A stretch of 64,000 nucleotides of DNA from positions 72,602,001 to 72,666,000 of the forward strand of contig NC_043000.1 of assembly GCF_006345805.1 (NCBI RefSeq). The letters run 5' to 3'. Below the pieces are notes generated by a model. The model did not search any database, had not been told where the DNA came from, and saw only the letters and a list, made by a program, of their open reading frames with translations. The stretch is from Octopus sinensis. Lineage: Eukaryota. A program made the position numbers and the translations under genes. Below, one piece after another: positions 63,946-64,000 of this stretch (within the stretch, counting starts at the first letter, position 1; each line of letters opens with the position of its first letter).

Positions 63946-64000
63946 GATAGGACTAAACAAAAATCTCTGCATGGCAAATATGTGGCCTATAGCAAACAAG

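Overview
AT-rich, intron-containing animal DNA that is dense in microsatellites and transposon remnants. The repeat landscape suggests a mollusc, probably an octopus-like cephalopod (inference, not verified). One host gene is supported: an MFSD6-like MFS transporter on the minus strand. Its large first coding exon (53957-52220) splices in frame, phase 1 to phase 1, across a 45,956-bp intron to a 108-bp exon (6263-6156); the rest of the gene should lie left of the window. The intron and flanks hold about nine R4/Dong-type LINE pieces, mostly bounded by (AAT)n, including two near-full-length tandem copies with large (GAA)n expansions inside the ORF. They also hold Tx1-like, Hero-like, CR1/L2-like and Penelope-like (PLE) remnants, a gag-protease-only Gypsy element, mariner and Chapaev3-like fragments, non-autonomous Helitrons, a MITE and two abundant tRNA-derived SINE families. 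The most striking structure is a 440-bp near-perfect palindrome (56165-56604), about 2.2 kb upstream of the MFSD6 ATG. Each arm carries an identical type I hammerhead ribozyme motif with all core nucleotides, one per strand, and a self-complementary (dimer-type) helix III. Decayed hammerhead-like motifs also occur in a tRNA-headed SINE and in PLE 3' ends. All alignments were done by eye; boundaries of degraded elements are approximate.
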